A stretch of 64,000 bases of DNA from an uncultured Clostridia bacterium. Its GTDB lineage: Bacteria; Bacillota; Clostridia; TANB77; CAG-508. Below the pieces are notes generated by a model, which ran no database searches, was not told the origin of the DNA, and saw nothing but the letters and a program-made list of their open reading frames with translations. Both the position numbers and the translations under genes were made by a program. Below are positions 30,466 to 40,581 of the stretch, piece by piece. Where the stretch lies: NCBI GenBank assembly GCA_944386715.1, contig CALXCD010000001.1, positions 74,408 through 138,407 of the forward strand, read 5' to 3'. The first letter of the stretch is position 1; each line of letters begins with the position of its first letter.

Positions 30466-30930
30466 CTATGAAATCTTTTGAAGTAATAAATCAACACATT
30501 CCTCTATTTCTGATGCACAACTTCGATATGTTTCTATATCATATCCCCAAGGGTCTTTAATATCTATATCATCATGATATTGTCTATGGTAAGAAACATA
30601 TTCCTTCATTGTGAAAACTTTTCCGTCCAAATTAGGGTACATATCTAGTACTGCAATTTTATGACTTTTGGTAGCACATAGAATAAGATCCATTTGGTTA
30701 ATTGGAGAATTTTTAATATAAGTTGCTCTATGTTTACTCATATCAACATCATATTCTTCTTTCATAACATTTTTTGCTTCCCAAGTTGGAATATCTCCTG
30801 TTTGTGCATATATACCACAAGAAAACACCTCTATATCTTCTCTTTTTAAATCTTTTAGCTTTTTTTCTAATAAATGATGTGCCATCGCACTTCTACAAAT
30901 ATTTCCTGTACAAATAAACATGATTTTCAT
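30466..30930 (-). CDS. Low-molecular-weight protein phosphatase (YwlE/arginine-tyrosine phosphatase type)
   Basis: 154 aa. CX5R(S) active site MFICTGNICRSAMA. A DPxG-type acid loop region, DIKDPWGYD. Confidence 0.8.
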   Translation of the reverse strand: MKIMFICTGNICRSAMAHHLLEKKLKDLKREDIEVFSCGIYAQTGDIPTWEAKNVMKEEYDVDMSKHRATYIKNSPINQMDLILCATKSHKIAVLDMYPNLDGKVFTMKEYVSYHRQYHDDIDIKDPWGYDIETYRSCASEIEECVDLLLQKIS

Positions 30931-30986
30931 AATATAACCATCCTTTGTTTTTTAGTTATCATAAATCATATTTGCTATTTTGTCAA

Positions 30987-31731
30987 TTAAAGTGTAGTAG
31001 CAAAAATACCAATTAAAAAGCCCAAAATATTACCGAATAGCAGTCATTCTTCCGTGATATAATTGATTAGATTCCGGAATTAATTCCCCTGATACAATAT
31101 ATAACATAGCTCCTGCTGCGAAACTTAAACAAATTGCTATTACTTCTTCTGAAATAGAACCTACAATAGCTCCAAAAAAAGCTCCTATTCCTGTTGTTAC
31201 TCCAGACAGTATCACGAAACATAGAACTTTAGAAATTTTCATTCCACCATTTTTCATAGGAACTGCCATGGAAATTCCTTCTGGTATATCATGTAAGCAT
31301 ATGGCTATTGCCAAAGCCAAACCCAATTTAATAGATGCTTCAAATCCAGAACCTATCGCTAAACCTTCTGGGAAATTGTGTATAGCCAAACCTATAGATA
31401 CAATTATGCCAGTTTTTAATAATGTATTTTCATGATTCGCATAAGTTTTGTTAGCATTAAATTTCCTTTCCACGAATAAATCACAAAAAATCATCATAAT
31501 GATTCCTAAGACTATCCCCATTAATGTACTAACAATACTACTTATTTCTAAAGCTTCTGGCAACAAGTCAAAACAAATAACTGCCATCATTAATCCAGAT
31601 GCAAAAGATAATATAAAACTCAAAAATTTTTTAGAATGCTTTTTAGTAATGACTCCTATGATTCCTCCTAAGGTAGTTCCAAAAGTCCCAAAAAATAATC
31701 CCATTAGTGTTGTTTTTAAAATACTTTCCAT
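30987..31731 (-). CDS. ZIP-family divalent metal transporter. The last predicted helix is encoded in the +1 frame after in-frame CGG 31035..31033.
   Basis: ORF track 31030..31731 ends ..GELIPESNQLYHGRMTAI-CGG-TAA. Reading C|GGT onward gives GNILGFLIGIFATTL and then TAA at 30989..30987. Polytopic, with HNFPEGLAIG and HDIPEG motifs. Confidence 0.7.
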
Positions 31732-31806
31732 AAATAAAAAACTCCTTAAAATTACTATATTCTAGTTTATTTTAAGAAGTCAATTTTATTCCAATTCTGT
31801 TAGATT

Positions 31807-32868
31807 TTAATCCTCTTCTCCTTTTAACCTTTCTGCTCTATCAGCTGCAATTAAATTATCTATCATTTCATCTAAATCACCATTTAAAAAGTTTTCCATT
31901 TGATAAATGCTCATTCCAATTCTATGGTCTGTAATTCTTCCTTGTGGGTAATTATATGTCCTAATCTTTTCACTCCTATCTCCTGAACCTACTTGTGACT
32001 TTCTAGCATTTGCCACTTCACTATCTTGTTTTTGTTTTTCTATTTCATATAATTTAGTACGAAGCATTCTCATAGCATTATCTTTATTTTGGAATTGTGA
32101 CCTTTCTGTTTGACATTCTACAACAATCCCTGTTGGTTCATGGATTAATCTTACGGCTGAAGAGGTTTTATTAATATGTTGTCCCCCTGCACCAGAAGCT
32201 CTAAACACTTCCATTTTGATATCTGCTGGATTAATTTCAATTTCCACATCTTCTACTACAGGAAGTACTGCAACCGTAGCAGTTGAAGTATGAATTCTTC
32301 CACTACTTTCTGTATCTGGAACTCTTTGTACTCTGTGAACACCGCTCTCAAATTTTAATCTACTATATACACCTTTTCCTGTTATCATAAAAGATATTTC
32401 TTTATATCCTCCAAGACCTGTTTCATTTTCATTCATCACTTCTAATTTCCAATGCTTCTTTTCTGCATACATCGTGTACATTCTAAACAAAGTTCCCGCA
32501 AAAAGTGCAGCTTCTTCTCCTCCTGCACCAGCACGTATTTCACACATAATATTTTTGTCGTCATCCGGATCTTTTGGTATTAACAATAATTTCAATTCTT
32601 CTTCTATTTTAGGAAGTTTTTCCTTAGAATCATAATATTCTGCCTCTGCTAATTCTTTCATTTCTGGGTCTTGCATTAATTCTTCTGCTTCTTCCATAGA
32701 TTGTTTTATCTTTTTATATTCTCTAAATTTTAATACCACTTCTTCTATATTCGCATGTTCTTTCATCAATTTTTGCCACTCTGCTTGATTTGCAATTACC
32801 TCTGGGTCTGCTATCATTTTTGTCAATTCCTCATATCTTTTTTCTACCGCTTCTAATTTCTCAAACAT
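31807..32868 (-). CDS. prfA: Peptide chain release factor 1
   Basis: 353 aa. GGQ motif [18 protein letters not shown]-x-T tripeptide region [17 protein letters not shown]. One uninterrupted frame. Confidence 0.95.
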   Translation of the reverse strand: MFEKLEAVEKRYEELTKMIADPEVIANQAEWQKLMKEHANIEEVVLKFREYKKIKQSMEEAEELMQDPEMKELAEAEYYDSKEKLPKIEEELKLLLIPKDPDDDKNIMCEIRAGAGGEEAALFAGTLFRMYTMYAEKKHWKLEVMNENETGLGGYKEISFMITGKGVYSRLKFESGVHRVQRVPDTESSGRIHTSTATVAVLPVVEDVEIEINPADIKMEVFRASGAGGQHINKTSSAVRLIHEPTGIVVECQTERSQFQNKDNAMRMLRTKLYEIEKQKQDSEVANARKSQVGSGDRSEKIRTYNYPQGRITDHRIGMSIYQMENFLNGDLDEMIDNLIAADRAERLKGEED

Positions 32869-32953
32869 AAATATTCTCCTTCTTTCTTAAGCTTGAATTA
32901 TTATACTATATTTTTTCTGTTTTTACAAGATATTTTTTCATGCCAGTTCTTAT

Positions 32954-33090
32954 CTTGTTACTAGCTAATGGTTTTCACTTATTATTATCCAAAAGTATTG
33001 ATATATTAATATTTTGCAGGCAAGACCCGGATTGTTACGCTCTAACTATGTTTTGCCAAATAATATTAATATATCAATACTTTTGACATT
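32954..33090 (+). repeat. MITE-like palindromic repeat, copy C (subtype 1)
   Basis: Near-identical to copy A: cttGTTACTAGCTAATGgttttcacttattattatccaaaaGTATTGATATATTAATATTTTGCAGGCAAGACCCGGATTGTTACGCTCTAACTATGTTTTGCCAAATAATATTAATATATCAATAC. Confidence 0.9.
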
Positions 33091-33151
33091 TTATTTTTAT
33101 TCATTAACTATTAACCTTATCTTACCCATTTTTCTATAAATTTTTAAAGAC

Positions 33152-34171
33152 CTATGATATAAATAGGTCTTCACTATGGTTTATTCCAAATAAAAATTTC
33201 AATTCCTCGTCTGAATTTCTATTAATGTCTTGGTCTTTTATATTTTCATTATCCTGTGCATTATTCCCTAATTCTTTTCCCTGCATTTTTTCTTTTTTTA
33301 ATATATCTACATATTCTAATAAACTATCTATATATTTTATAACATCTTCTGAATATTTATATGCCAATATATTTTCACCTTTTATAATAAAAACACTTAA
33401 TATAATATTAATAACAGTCGCCAATGCTAAAACAATATTAAGATTTCCAATTATAATAAATAACATAATAGATGTAATAATATTTAAGATTCCTGCAATA
33501 GGAATAACGTTATTGGTCTGTCCCATCATATTCTTTTTTTGGATTTCGTATAAAATCATCTTTTCCATTACTAATTTACACATTTCACCTCTTTGTAAAT
33601 AGTACTTTTCTCCTTGATTTTTTTTAAATTCATTTAATTCTATTTCATCGTGAAATGCAAATAAGATTTTACCTATAAACATATTCTCATAAGAAGGTAT
33701 CTCATCACTTGAATATTCTTTTATTTTATTACTATCGATTTTTTCCAATGCGTCTATTTGTTTAAATTTACTTCTATTTTTTAACCTTAATGTATGATTT
33801 TCTTTATTTAACTCTACATCTCCTTTTTCCATAAGATAATATACTTCTGCATTTAATAATTCATTATCTAATATAAATTCATTTTTTATTAAAAATCTTG
33901 TTAATATTGGGTCATATTTATTTTCAAAATTTTCTTTAGGTTTAACTTCTCTTATTTGATTTTCCTTTTTAATAATATATACAACCGTACCAATATATAC
34001 AACAGATATCATATATAAAAAAATTGTTCTTAAAACTTCTATATTGGCAAACACAGATACTAATATTGTGATACATACATTAATCAAAACAAGTGTCATA
34101 AAAATTTTTGAAATTATTTTTCTATCATTTCCCCTTATTTTTATATCTAAATTTTTGATATGAAAATTCAT
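33152..34171 (-). CDS. Hypothetical polytopic membrane protein
   Basis: 339 aa. Hydrophobic helices near residues 25-70 and 215-265. No family recognised. Confidence 0.55.
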   Translation of the reverse strand: MNFHIKNLDIKIRGNDRKIISKIFMTLVLINVCITILVSVFANIEVLRTIFLYMISVVYIGTVVYIIKKENQIREVKPKENFENKYDPILTRFLIKNEFILDNELLNAEVYYLMEKGDVELNKENHTLRLKNRSKFKQIDALEKIDSNKIKEYSSDEIPSYENMFIGKILFAFHDEIELNEFKKNQGEKYYLQRGEMCKLVMEKMILYEIQKKNMMGQTNNVIPIAGILNIITSIMLFIIIGNLNIVLALATVINIILSVFIIKGENILAYKYSEDVIKYIDSLLEYVDILKKEKMQGKELGNNAQDNENIKDQDINRNSDEELKFLFGINHSEDLFIS

Positions 34172-34262
34172 AAAATTTTCCTCCTATTATTTTCTTCTTC
34201 CATTTTTATTTATTACCTAAAAAAACAAACTTTTACTTTTAAAATTTTTTATAGATACCTTA

Positions 34263-36209
34263 TTAAATTTTTTGTAAATCTATCAAATGGTAAGAAATAT
34301 TAAATGCATTCAATATTTCTTTTTCTCTTTGAGTACAGGTAAATAAAATAATTTGTCTATCCCTATATTTATTAGCTAAATAATTTAAAATATTTTTTAA
34401 TCTTTGTGTATCATAATAAGCAAAAGCTTCATCTAAAATAATTGGCATTTTTTCTTCAGATAATTCTTCTACCATAGATAATCTTAAAGAAAGATACAAT
34501 TGGTCAATTGTTCCTACACTTAATTTAGAAACTGGCTCATAATTTCCATTTTCCAATTCCACAATCAATCCTTCCTCATTATGAAAAACAACATTTGTAT
34601 ATTTTCCGTTTGTAATATGTGTTATGGTTTCTGACAAATTCTGTGTAAACTTAGGGGTAACTGATGTTCTCATTTTTTCATAAGCCGAATTTAAAACTTC
34701 TTTTGCTAAATTCATACTTTGTTCTAGGTTTTTAAGAGTTGACATTTCTTCTTTATGGTTAACTAATTCTTCTTCTATTTTTGCTAAATTATCTAACTTA
34801 GGTTCTACATTTTGTTTATCTATTTCTAAAGTATGTAATTCTATTTTTTCATGATTTATTTCATTTTGTATATTTTCAATTTGCAAATTTATCTTTTCTA
34901 ATGTCATATTTTCCTCTAATTTATTTTTTTCAATTTTATTTAAATATTTATTTTTTATTTTTTCTTTTTCTAAATTCATTTTTAAATTAAAATTATTTTT
35001 TAATTTATTTATTTCTTTCTCTAATTCTGAATTATTTTTTTCTAATAAAATAATTTGACTATTTATATTATTCATTTCTAAATTTATTTTTTCTTCTTCT
35101 ATTTTTTTATTTTTTTCTAATTTTTTTATTTTATTTTTTTTATTTTTTAAAAATAATAATGAAAAAATTAAATACATTGGGAGAGTAAGAAGAAAAATAT
35201 ATTTAAAAATATTATTTTTTATAAAAATAAATTGTAAAATACTAATAATTAATAATAAAATAAATACATAAATTATTTTTTTATTTATTTTATTTTTTAT
35301 TTTCTTATTTTTTTCTAAATTATTTTCTAAAATATTTTTATTGTTATTTTTTATTTTTTCAATTTCATTTTTTAATTGATTTATTTTTTCTAAATTTTCA
35401 TTTTTTATATTTTCTTGTAATTTTATTTTTTCATTTTCAATTTTCTCATTTTCAATTAATAATTTTAATTCTTTTAAATAATTATTTTCGTTTTCTAATT
35501 TTTCTATTTGTGTATTTAATTCTATTTTATTTTCTTCCATTTGATATTTTAAATCTTCATATCTTCCTAATTCTTGTTTTTCATTTTCTAATTTTTCAAT
35601 TTCATCCATCAATTTGTTAATTGGCTTTTCCCTAGACCTTTCTGTTCCAATTTCATTCAATTGTCTCCTATTAATTCTATCTATTGCTCTTTGATAAGAA
35701 ACGTTATCTTCACCCGTTCCAACTAAATTAGCAATTTTTTGTACCAACATATTTTGTTCCGTTTTTTCAAGTTTTACTTCTTGTTGATTAACAACTAATG
35801 TAGATAAAAATAAAGATTCATCTACTTTGGTTTGCTCATAAAAAAATTCATTTCCTTTGTTTTTATCAATATTAAATAGTTTTGAAATATCTTCTTTATT
35901 TTCATTAAAAATCTTAGGATTCTTCTTTTTGAAATCTCTAAAAACTTCAAAACTTTCTCCATTATCCAATTCATAAACAACTTTTCCAGAAAACTCTTCT
36001 TCTCCCCATGGTTTATATTTTTCAAAATCAGAATATTCTTTTCCCTTTTTATTTTTAGATATTCCATAAAAAGAATTCACAATAAAATGAAAAATAGTAG
36101 ATTTACCAGATTCATTTTTTCCTTCCACTATATTAATTCCATTTTCTAATTCTAATTCTTTATCTTTCAATTTTCCATAAGAATTAATTTTTAATTGTTT
36201 TATCTTCAC
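34263..36209 (-). CDS. SbcC/YhaN-like AAA ATPase with a long K/N/E-rich coiled coil interrupted by a hydrophobic hairpin
   Basis: 648 aa. Walker A GKNESGKST. C-terminal signature LSVGTIDQLYLSLRL and Walker B PIILDEAFAYYD. Central IIYVFILLLIISILQFIFI..IFLLTLPMYLIFSLLFL. Confidence 0.75.
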   Translation of the reverse strand: MKIKQLKINSYGKLKDKELELENGINIVEGKNESGKSTIFHFIVNSFYGISKNKKGKEYSDFEKYKPWGEEEFSGKVVYELDNGESFEVFRDFKKKNPKIFNENKEDISKLFNIDKNKGNEFFYEQTKVDESLFLSTLVVNQQEVKLEKTEQNMLVQKIANLVGTGEDNVSYQRAIDRINRRQLNEIGTERSREKPINKLMDEIEKLENEKQELGRYEDLKYQMEENKIELNTQIEKLENENNYLKELKLLIENEKIENEKIKLQENIKNENLEKINQLKNEIEKIKNNNKNILENNLEKNKKIKNKINKKIIYVFILLLIISILQFIFIKNNIFKYIFLLTLPMYLIFSLLFLKNKKNKIKKLEKNKKIEEEKINLEMNNINSQIILLEKNNSELEKEINKLKNNFNLKMNLEKEKIKNKYLNKIEKNKLEENMTLEKINLQIENIQNEINHEKIELHTLEIDKQNVEPKLDNLAKIEEELVNHKEEMSTLKNLEQSMNLAKEVLNSAYEKMRTSVTPKFTQNLSETITHITNGKYTNVVFHNEEGLIVELENGNYEPVSKLSVGTIDQLYLSLRLSMVEELSEEKMPIILDEAFAYYDTQRLKNILNYLANKYRDRQIILFTCTQREKEILNAFNISYHLIDLQKI

Positions 36210-36220
36210 ACATTTCCCTC

Positions 36221-37306
36221 CTATTTTAGAGCATCTAATCCTATTTCTATTGCTTTTTCTATCCTATCTTTTTCTTCTTGATTTAAATCTTTTTCTTCTA
36301 ACTTTTCTTTCATCATTTTAATAAATATTCCTCTTAATGTATTTTCATTAGCCAATTTTTCTAAGTCCACTGCTATTTTTGTATCATTTTTTATTTTTAT
36401 AATCCTTTCATTTGAAATTAATTTTAAAATTTCATAAGGATTGATTTCAAAATTTCGATTGCCTTTTAGCACAATTTTAATATATTCATTAGGCTGTACA
36501 GACAAATCATTTATTTTTTCAATTAAATCTTCTTTAGCAAAAATATCAGTCATATCTATAGCAATCTCCTTAAATTCCGCTTCATCTAAAACAATGAACT
36601 CATATTGTAAACTTTCTTTTTGTAAGTTTCCTGTTATCATTCCATGCTTTCCTAATTCATCAAATCCCAGAGAAACTGTAGAACCTGGATATACTATTTT
36701 TTGCATATTGTCACTATTATAATATGGTTTATGAATATGACCTAAAGCAATATAATCAAATCCTTTTTCTTGTAAGATTTTTTTAGCTATAGAATGGTAT
36801 TGTTTATCTTCCAAAGAAGCTCCATCTAAAGTTCCATGCATTAATAATACATTTATCTTATTTTTATCTTGAATCTCCAAATTTTCTATCCCTGAACCAG
36901 TACAATAAAAATCACCAAATCCAAAACCATATATATCTATTTCTGGTAGTTCTACTCTTGTTATCTTATTTTCAAAAATAGTAACATTCTCACTCCAAGT
37001 AAATTGATGATAATATGAATTTTTCAAGTAAGGATCATGGTTCCCAGGTGCAATCCATATTCTAGTTTCTGGAATTTCTTGAAATAATCTATTAATATAT
37101 TCAATGGTAGATAATTTTACATATTGGTGTTCATACAAATCTCCAGCAATAAATAAATGCTCTACTTTTTCTTGTTTGATATATTCAATTACCTTTTTAA
37201 ATACTTTTCGTTGCTCTAATCTTCTTAAATCTCCCATAACATCTTTGTCTGATAAATTAACAAAGGGACTATCAAAATGCATATCTGCTATATGAACAAA
37301 TTTCAT
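36221..37306 (-). CDS. SbcD/YhaO-like metallophosphoesterase (DNA repair exonuclease family)
   Basis: 361 aa. MKFVHIADMHFD, GDLYEH, GNHD, MHGT, GHIH calcineurin-like motifs. Sits 11 nt upstream of the ATPase gene. Confidence 0.85.
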   Translation of the reverse strand: MKFVHIADMHFDSPFVNLSDKDVMGDLRRLEQRKVFKKVIEYIKQEKVEHLFIAGDLYEHQYVKLSTIEYINRLFQEIPETRIWIAPGNHDPYLKNSYYHQFTWSENVTIFENKITRVELPEIDIYGFGFGDFYCTGSGIENLEIQDKNKINVLLMHGTLDGASLEDKQYHSIAKKILQEKGFDYIALGHIHKPYYNSDNMQKIVYPGSTVSLGFDELGKHGMITGNLQKESLQYEFIVLDEAEFKEIAIDMTDIFAKEDLIEKINDLSVQPNEYIKIVLKGNRNFEINPYEILKLISNERIIKIKNDTKIAVDLEKLANENTLRGIFIKMMKEKLEEKDLNQEEKDRIEKAIEIGLDALK

Positions 37307-37376
37307 GACTCTCTCCTTTTCTTTTTATTTTCCTATTTTATTATACTTTCTATTTTTTTGCAATAGTTCCAGGTTT

Positions 37377-37432
37377 GCATTGGTTCCAGGTTTGAATGCC
37401 AACTTTTTGGCGTTCAAACCTGGAACCAATGC
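37377..37432. repeat. Long near-perfect hairpin repeat, copy 1 (also the likely terminator of the coupling-protein gene)
   Basis: gcattggttccaggtttgaatgccaa-ctttt-tggcgttcaaacctggaaccaatgc. The arm is shared with 56626..56681. A partial duplication, gttccaggtttg, lies just upstream. Confidence 0.8.
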
Positions 37433-37446
37433 AAAAAACGTAAAAA

Positions 37447-37475
37447 CTGCCAAAAAGGAACGTTCCCTTTGGCAG
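37447..37475. repeat. Solo copy of the 29-nt GCCAAAAAGG-ACGT-CCTTTTTGGC-type palindrome
   Basis: ctgccaaaaaggaacgttccctttggcag. Same family as the outer arms of the composite elements at 26.8 and 47.6 kb. Confidence 0.8.
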
Positions 37476-37482
37476 ATTCCAA

Positions 37483-39502
37483 CTATTCATCTAGTGGACC
37501 AAATAACTCGTCAAATTTTGCTTCCAACTCTTTTTGTAAATCATAAGAGTCATCATCTTGTGGAAGCATTGGTGCATCATTAAAATCATTTAAATCTAAA
37601 GCTGGTGAAGTCTCTTGTTTCTTAGCCTCTGGCTCTGAAACAGATGTTACCTTTTCTGGTTCTTTCGTATCTTCTTTTTTTGTTGTTGGTACATCATCAA
37701 ATAAATCATCTAAAGATTCCACTTTCAAATTTTCTACCTTATTTTGGTCTTTTTCTTCCACATAAGGATTATATGGATTATATTTTCTCCATTTACCCCT
37801 TTGTATTTCTCCAATATCATTATGACTAATTTCATGTACTGCTAATTTTTTTGCCATTGGATGTTTAAAGTAATAGAATTTTTTCGCCTTAACAGGCTTA
37901 ATTCCTTTTTCAAAAATAATACAATCATCATTATCCATTCTACGAAGTTCATCTGGTGTCATTAACGCTCTTGCCATTACTTGGTCTGAAACACTTTTTC
38001 CTGTTTTCCAGTTTTGTCTATCTCTATTAATAGATACACTATCTCTTCCTATTGTTTTTTCTCCTAAAGCCTTTGAAAAATATTCCACCGTTTTATATGA
38101 GTTACTTCCTAAAAATACATGTGTATCACAGTTACCCATAATAGTCTCATAAGATTTTTCATAAACAGCTTCTAATTGGTCAATATTTTGTAAAATAACA
38201 CTAAATGATATTTTTCTACTTCTAGATGTTGATATTTTTTTATCAAAATCAGGTATTTTACCAATATTTGCAAACTCATCTAAAATGAAAAATGTTTGTT
38301 CTTTTAATCTTCCACCATTTTGGTCTGCATAATCATATAATTGTTGTATCATCTGGGCAAAGAATATAGTTAATAAGAAGTCATAAGCGGTATGGGTATC
38401 TGAAGATATTACATATACTGCTGTTTTCTTATTTCCTATTTCTTCAAAATCGATCGTATCTGTTGATGTTAATTCTGCAATTTCTTTAGAATCGAATTTT
38501 CCTAATTTAGATTGCAATGTACTTAAAATAGAGCTATATGTCTTTTCTGGTGCAATCTCAATAGATTTATAATTCATACGAGCCGGATGGTCATAAGGTA
38601 ATTGACTCATTAATTCGGTTAATAAGTTACTTCCTCCATTACTATTTGCTGCTCTTACTAATTCTGCACAACTTGCTAAGTTTTGTTCTTCTTCTGGTCT
38701 TGTAGCAATTAAGTAATAAATCAAAGCTTTTAGCAACATTTCTGCAGAATCATCCCAGAAAGGATCTGATTTTCCTCCTTCTGATTGTTGTCCTTTTACA
38801 ATAGTATTTGCAATAACATCTACATCAATTTCTGATGAAATATGCATTAATGGATTATAACCATCACTATATTGTGGTCTTACTAAATTTAATACTTTTA
38901 TTTCATATCCATTATCTCTCAAATATCCTGCTGTTCTATCATATAACTCACCCTTAGGGTCTGTAAAGACATAAGAACCTAACATTTGATAAGCATTAGG
39001 AATAGAATAAGAAGCAGATTTACCAGAACCTGATCCGTCCTACTACTAAAACATTAACATTTCCTCGTTTATCCACTGGCAAATAATTATCTTCTGCTAA
39101 AATAATTCCTTTATTTTTACTTAATATTTGATATTGCTCTCCTCTTTGACTCCAATCACTAGAACCATGTTCAATATCAGAATATTCATTTTTAGGCGCT
39201 GACCTAACAAAACCTATAAAGAAAAACACCGAATATATAATAGTTACAATTATCAAAGTAGAAAAATAATCTCCTATTGCCCCATCTTGTGCTAAATTTC
39301 CTAAACAGCCCAATGGATTTCCTAAAGATGGTCCAAATGTTTCAATAAATACATCTAATTTAAAATCACCTTCTAGACTTGCCATATGTGTACTATAGCT
39401 AAAAGGCGAAACAAATACTATGGCGATAAATATCCATAGTATTGCAAAAATAATAAAATTTTTTCTATTTCTTCGAATAGCACCTTCTATTTTGTAATTC
39501 AT
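37483..39502 (-). CDS. Type IV secretion coupling protein (VirD4/TraG family). The reading frame is interrupted by one extra nt at in-frame CGG 39037..39035.
   Basis: Pieces 39020..39502 (two N-terminal TM helices, ..NVNVLVVG) and 37483..38985. The +1 reading gives GSGSGKSASYSIPNAYQMLGSYVFTDPKGELY (Walker A). Walker B-like FFILDEFANIG. Merged length is 2020 nt, which is 1 mod 3. Confidence 0.85.
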
Positions 39503-39557
39503 ATTTTCACCTACTCTTTGGTAATTCCTGTTTATTCATATATTTCTAAAATGATAT

Positions 39558-39926
39558 CTATCTTGTTGTGTCTGATTTATCTTGTCCTTTTGGTGATTTT
39601 GTCTTTAAAGTTCCTTGTCTAGCTTGCTTATCACGATATTCTTTTGCCTTTTCTTTAGAAGTTGTTTTCTTTACTCCTAAAGTATCTGTATAAGATAATT
39701 CCTGTGTTTCTGGATTATAGGCTACTTCATGAAAACCAACTGTAATAGGAAATTGTTGCCCATATTGTTCTAAAAATTCTTCTAATTCATTTCCTGTCAT
39801 CATTTTAGCAGACATAACAGTTAATTTTTGACCTTTTTTAGCTTTTTCCTCATTATATTCTAACCCCGCAAATCCTGCATCATATCCATATTTACCTTTT
39901 TGGGGGTTCCCCATCTGTTTACTCAT
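39558..39926 (-). CDS. Hypothetical protein (conjugative-element associated by position)
   Basis: The likely start is ATG 39926 (MSKQMGNPQKGK..), preceded by GGGAGGAATTAGGA. It overlaps the upstream stop as ATGAGTAA. Confidence 0.5.
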   Translation of the reverse strand: MSKQMGNPQKGKYGYDAGFAGLEYNEEKAKKGQKLTVMSAKMMTGNELEEFLEQYGQQFPITVGFHEVAYNPETQELSYTDTLGVKKTTSKEKAKEYRDKQARQGTLKTKSPKGQDKSDTTR

Positions 39927-40461
39927 TCCTAATTCCTCCCTCATCTTCTTTATCCTTAATCTCAAAGGCAAAGTAAGACTTATATGGTTTCAACTTACAT
40001 TTTCCTCTTATTTCATTTGTTTCCTCATCAAAATAAAGCACTGGCTTTACTTCTTCTGTTGTTTCTGGGTCTATAATACAAATTGGTCTTTTTAAGTTTG
40101 GTGTATATCTAACTTCTTTAATTTCTTGTGCTTGCTCAGAATAGATATTATTCAATTTTAATGGTATCGGTTTTTTGCTCATGGTAATCTTATCATCTTT
40201 TAATAATGCCATATTCACAACCACTTTTTCTTGTCCAAAAGAAAGAATAATTAATTGGTCTTCATCCACAGAAGGATTATTTAGATAAAATGTCTTTCTT
40301 GTCATTTCTCCGCGAATTTCTTCCGTAAAATCTAACCTATCCACTGTATATTTGGGAGAATCTTTTAAAAATTGTTTTTCTGTTTCGTTAATTTGATAAA
40401 TAACTGTGTTTACTCCTTTTGGATCTGTAATACTAAAGTGTTTCCCTTGCCATGTTTCCAT
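39919..40461 (-). CDS. Hypothetical protein (conjugative-element associated by position)
   Basis: ORF track, 180 aa. No motif recognised. Confidence 0.5.
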   Translation of the reverse strand: METWQGKHFSITDPKGVNTVIYQINETEKQFLKDSPKYTVDRLDFTEEIRGEMTRKTFYLNNPSVDEDQLIILSFGQEKVVVNMALLKDDKITMSKKPIPLKLNNIYSEQAQEIKEVRYTPNLKRPICIIDPETTEEVKPVLYFDEETNEIRGKCKLKPYKSYFAFEIKDKEDEGGIRNE

Positions 40462-40581
40462 TTATTTTACACCCCATTCCTATGTTTTAATCCATAGCCT
40501 TTATCTTTTGTACGTCACTATCATTAATTATAGCGAATTTTAGGCGTTTTGTCAATATAGAATTTATGTAAATTCCTGTTT

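Noticed and set aside
31807-32868. A release-factor programmed frameshift (prfB-type CTT TGA C)
   Set aside because: The gene is prfA (RF1). It is read in a single uninterrupted frame and has no internal stop.
34900-35500. The repetitive AT-rich stretch in the SbcC-like gene as a CRISPR array or tandem repeat locus
   Set aside because: There are no regular repeat-spacer units. It is codon-level low complexity encoding a K/N/E/I coiled coil in one continuous frame.
39919-39971. The overlap of 39558..39971 with 39919..40461 as a seventh frameshift
   Set aside because: There is no CGG at the junction. An internal ATG at 39926 with a strong GGGAGGA RBS gives a normal ATGAGTAA stop-start overlap, so two coupled genes is the simpler reading.
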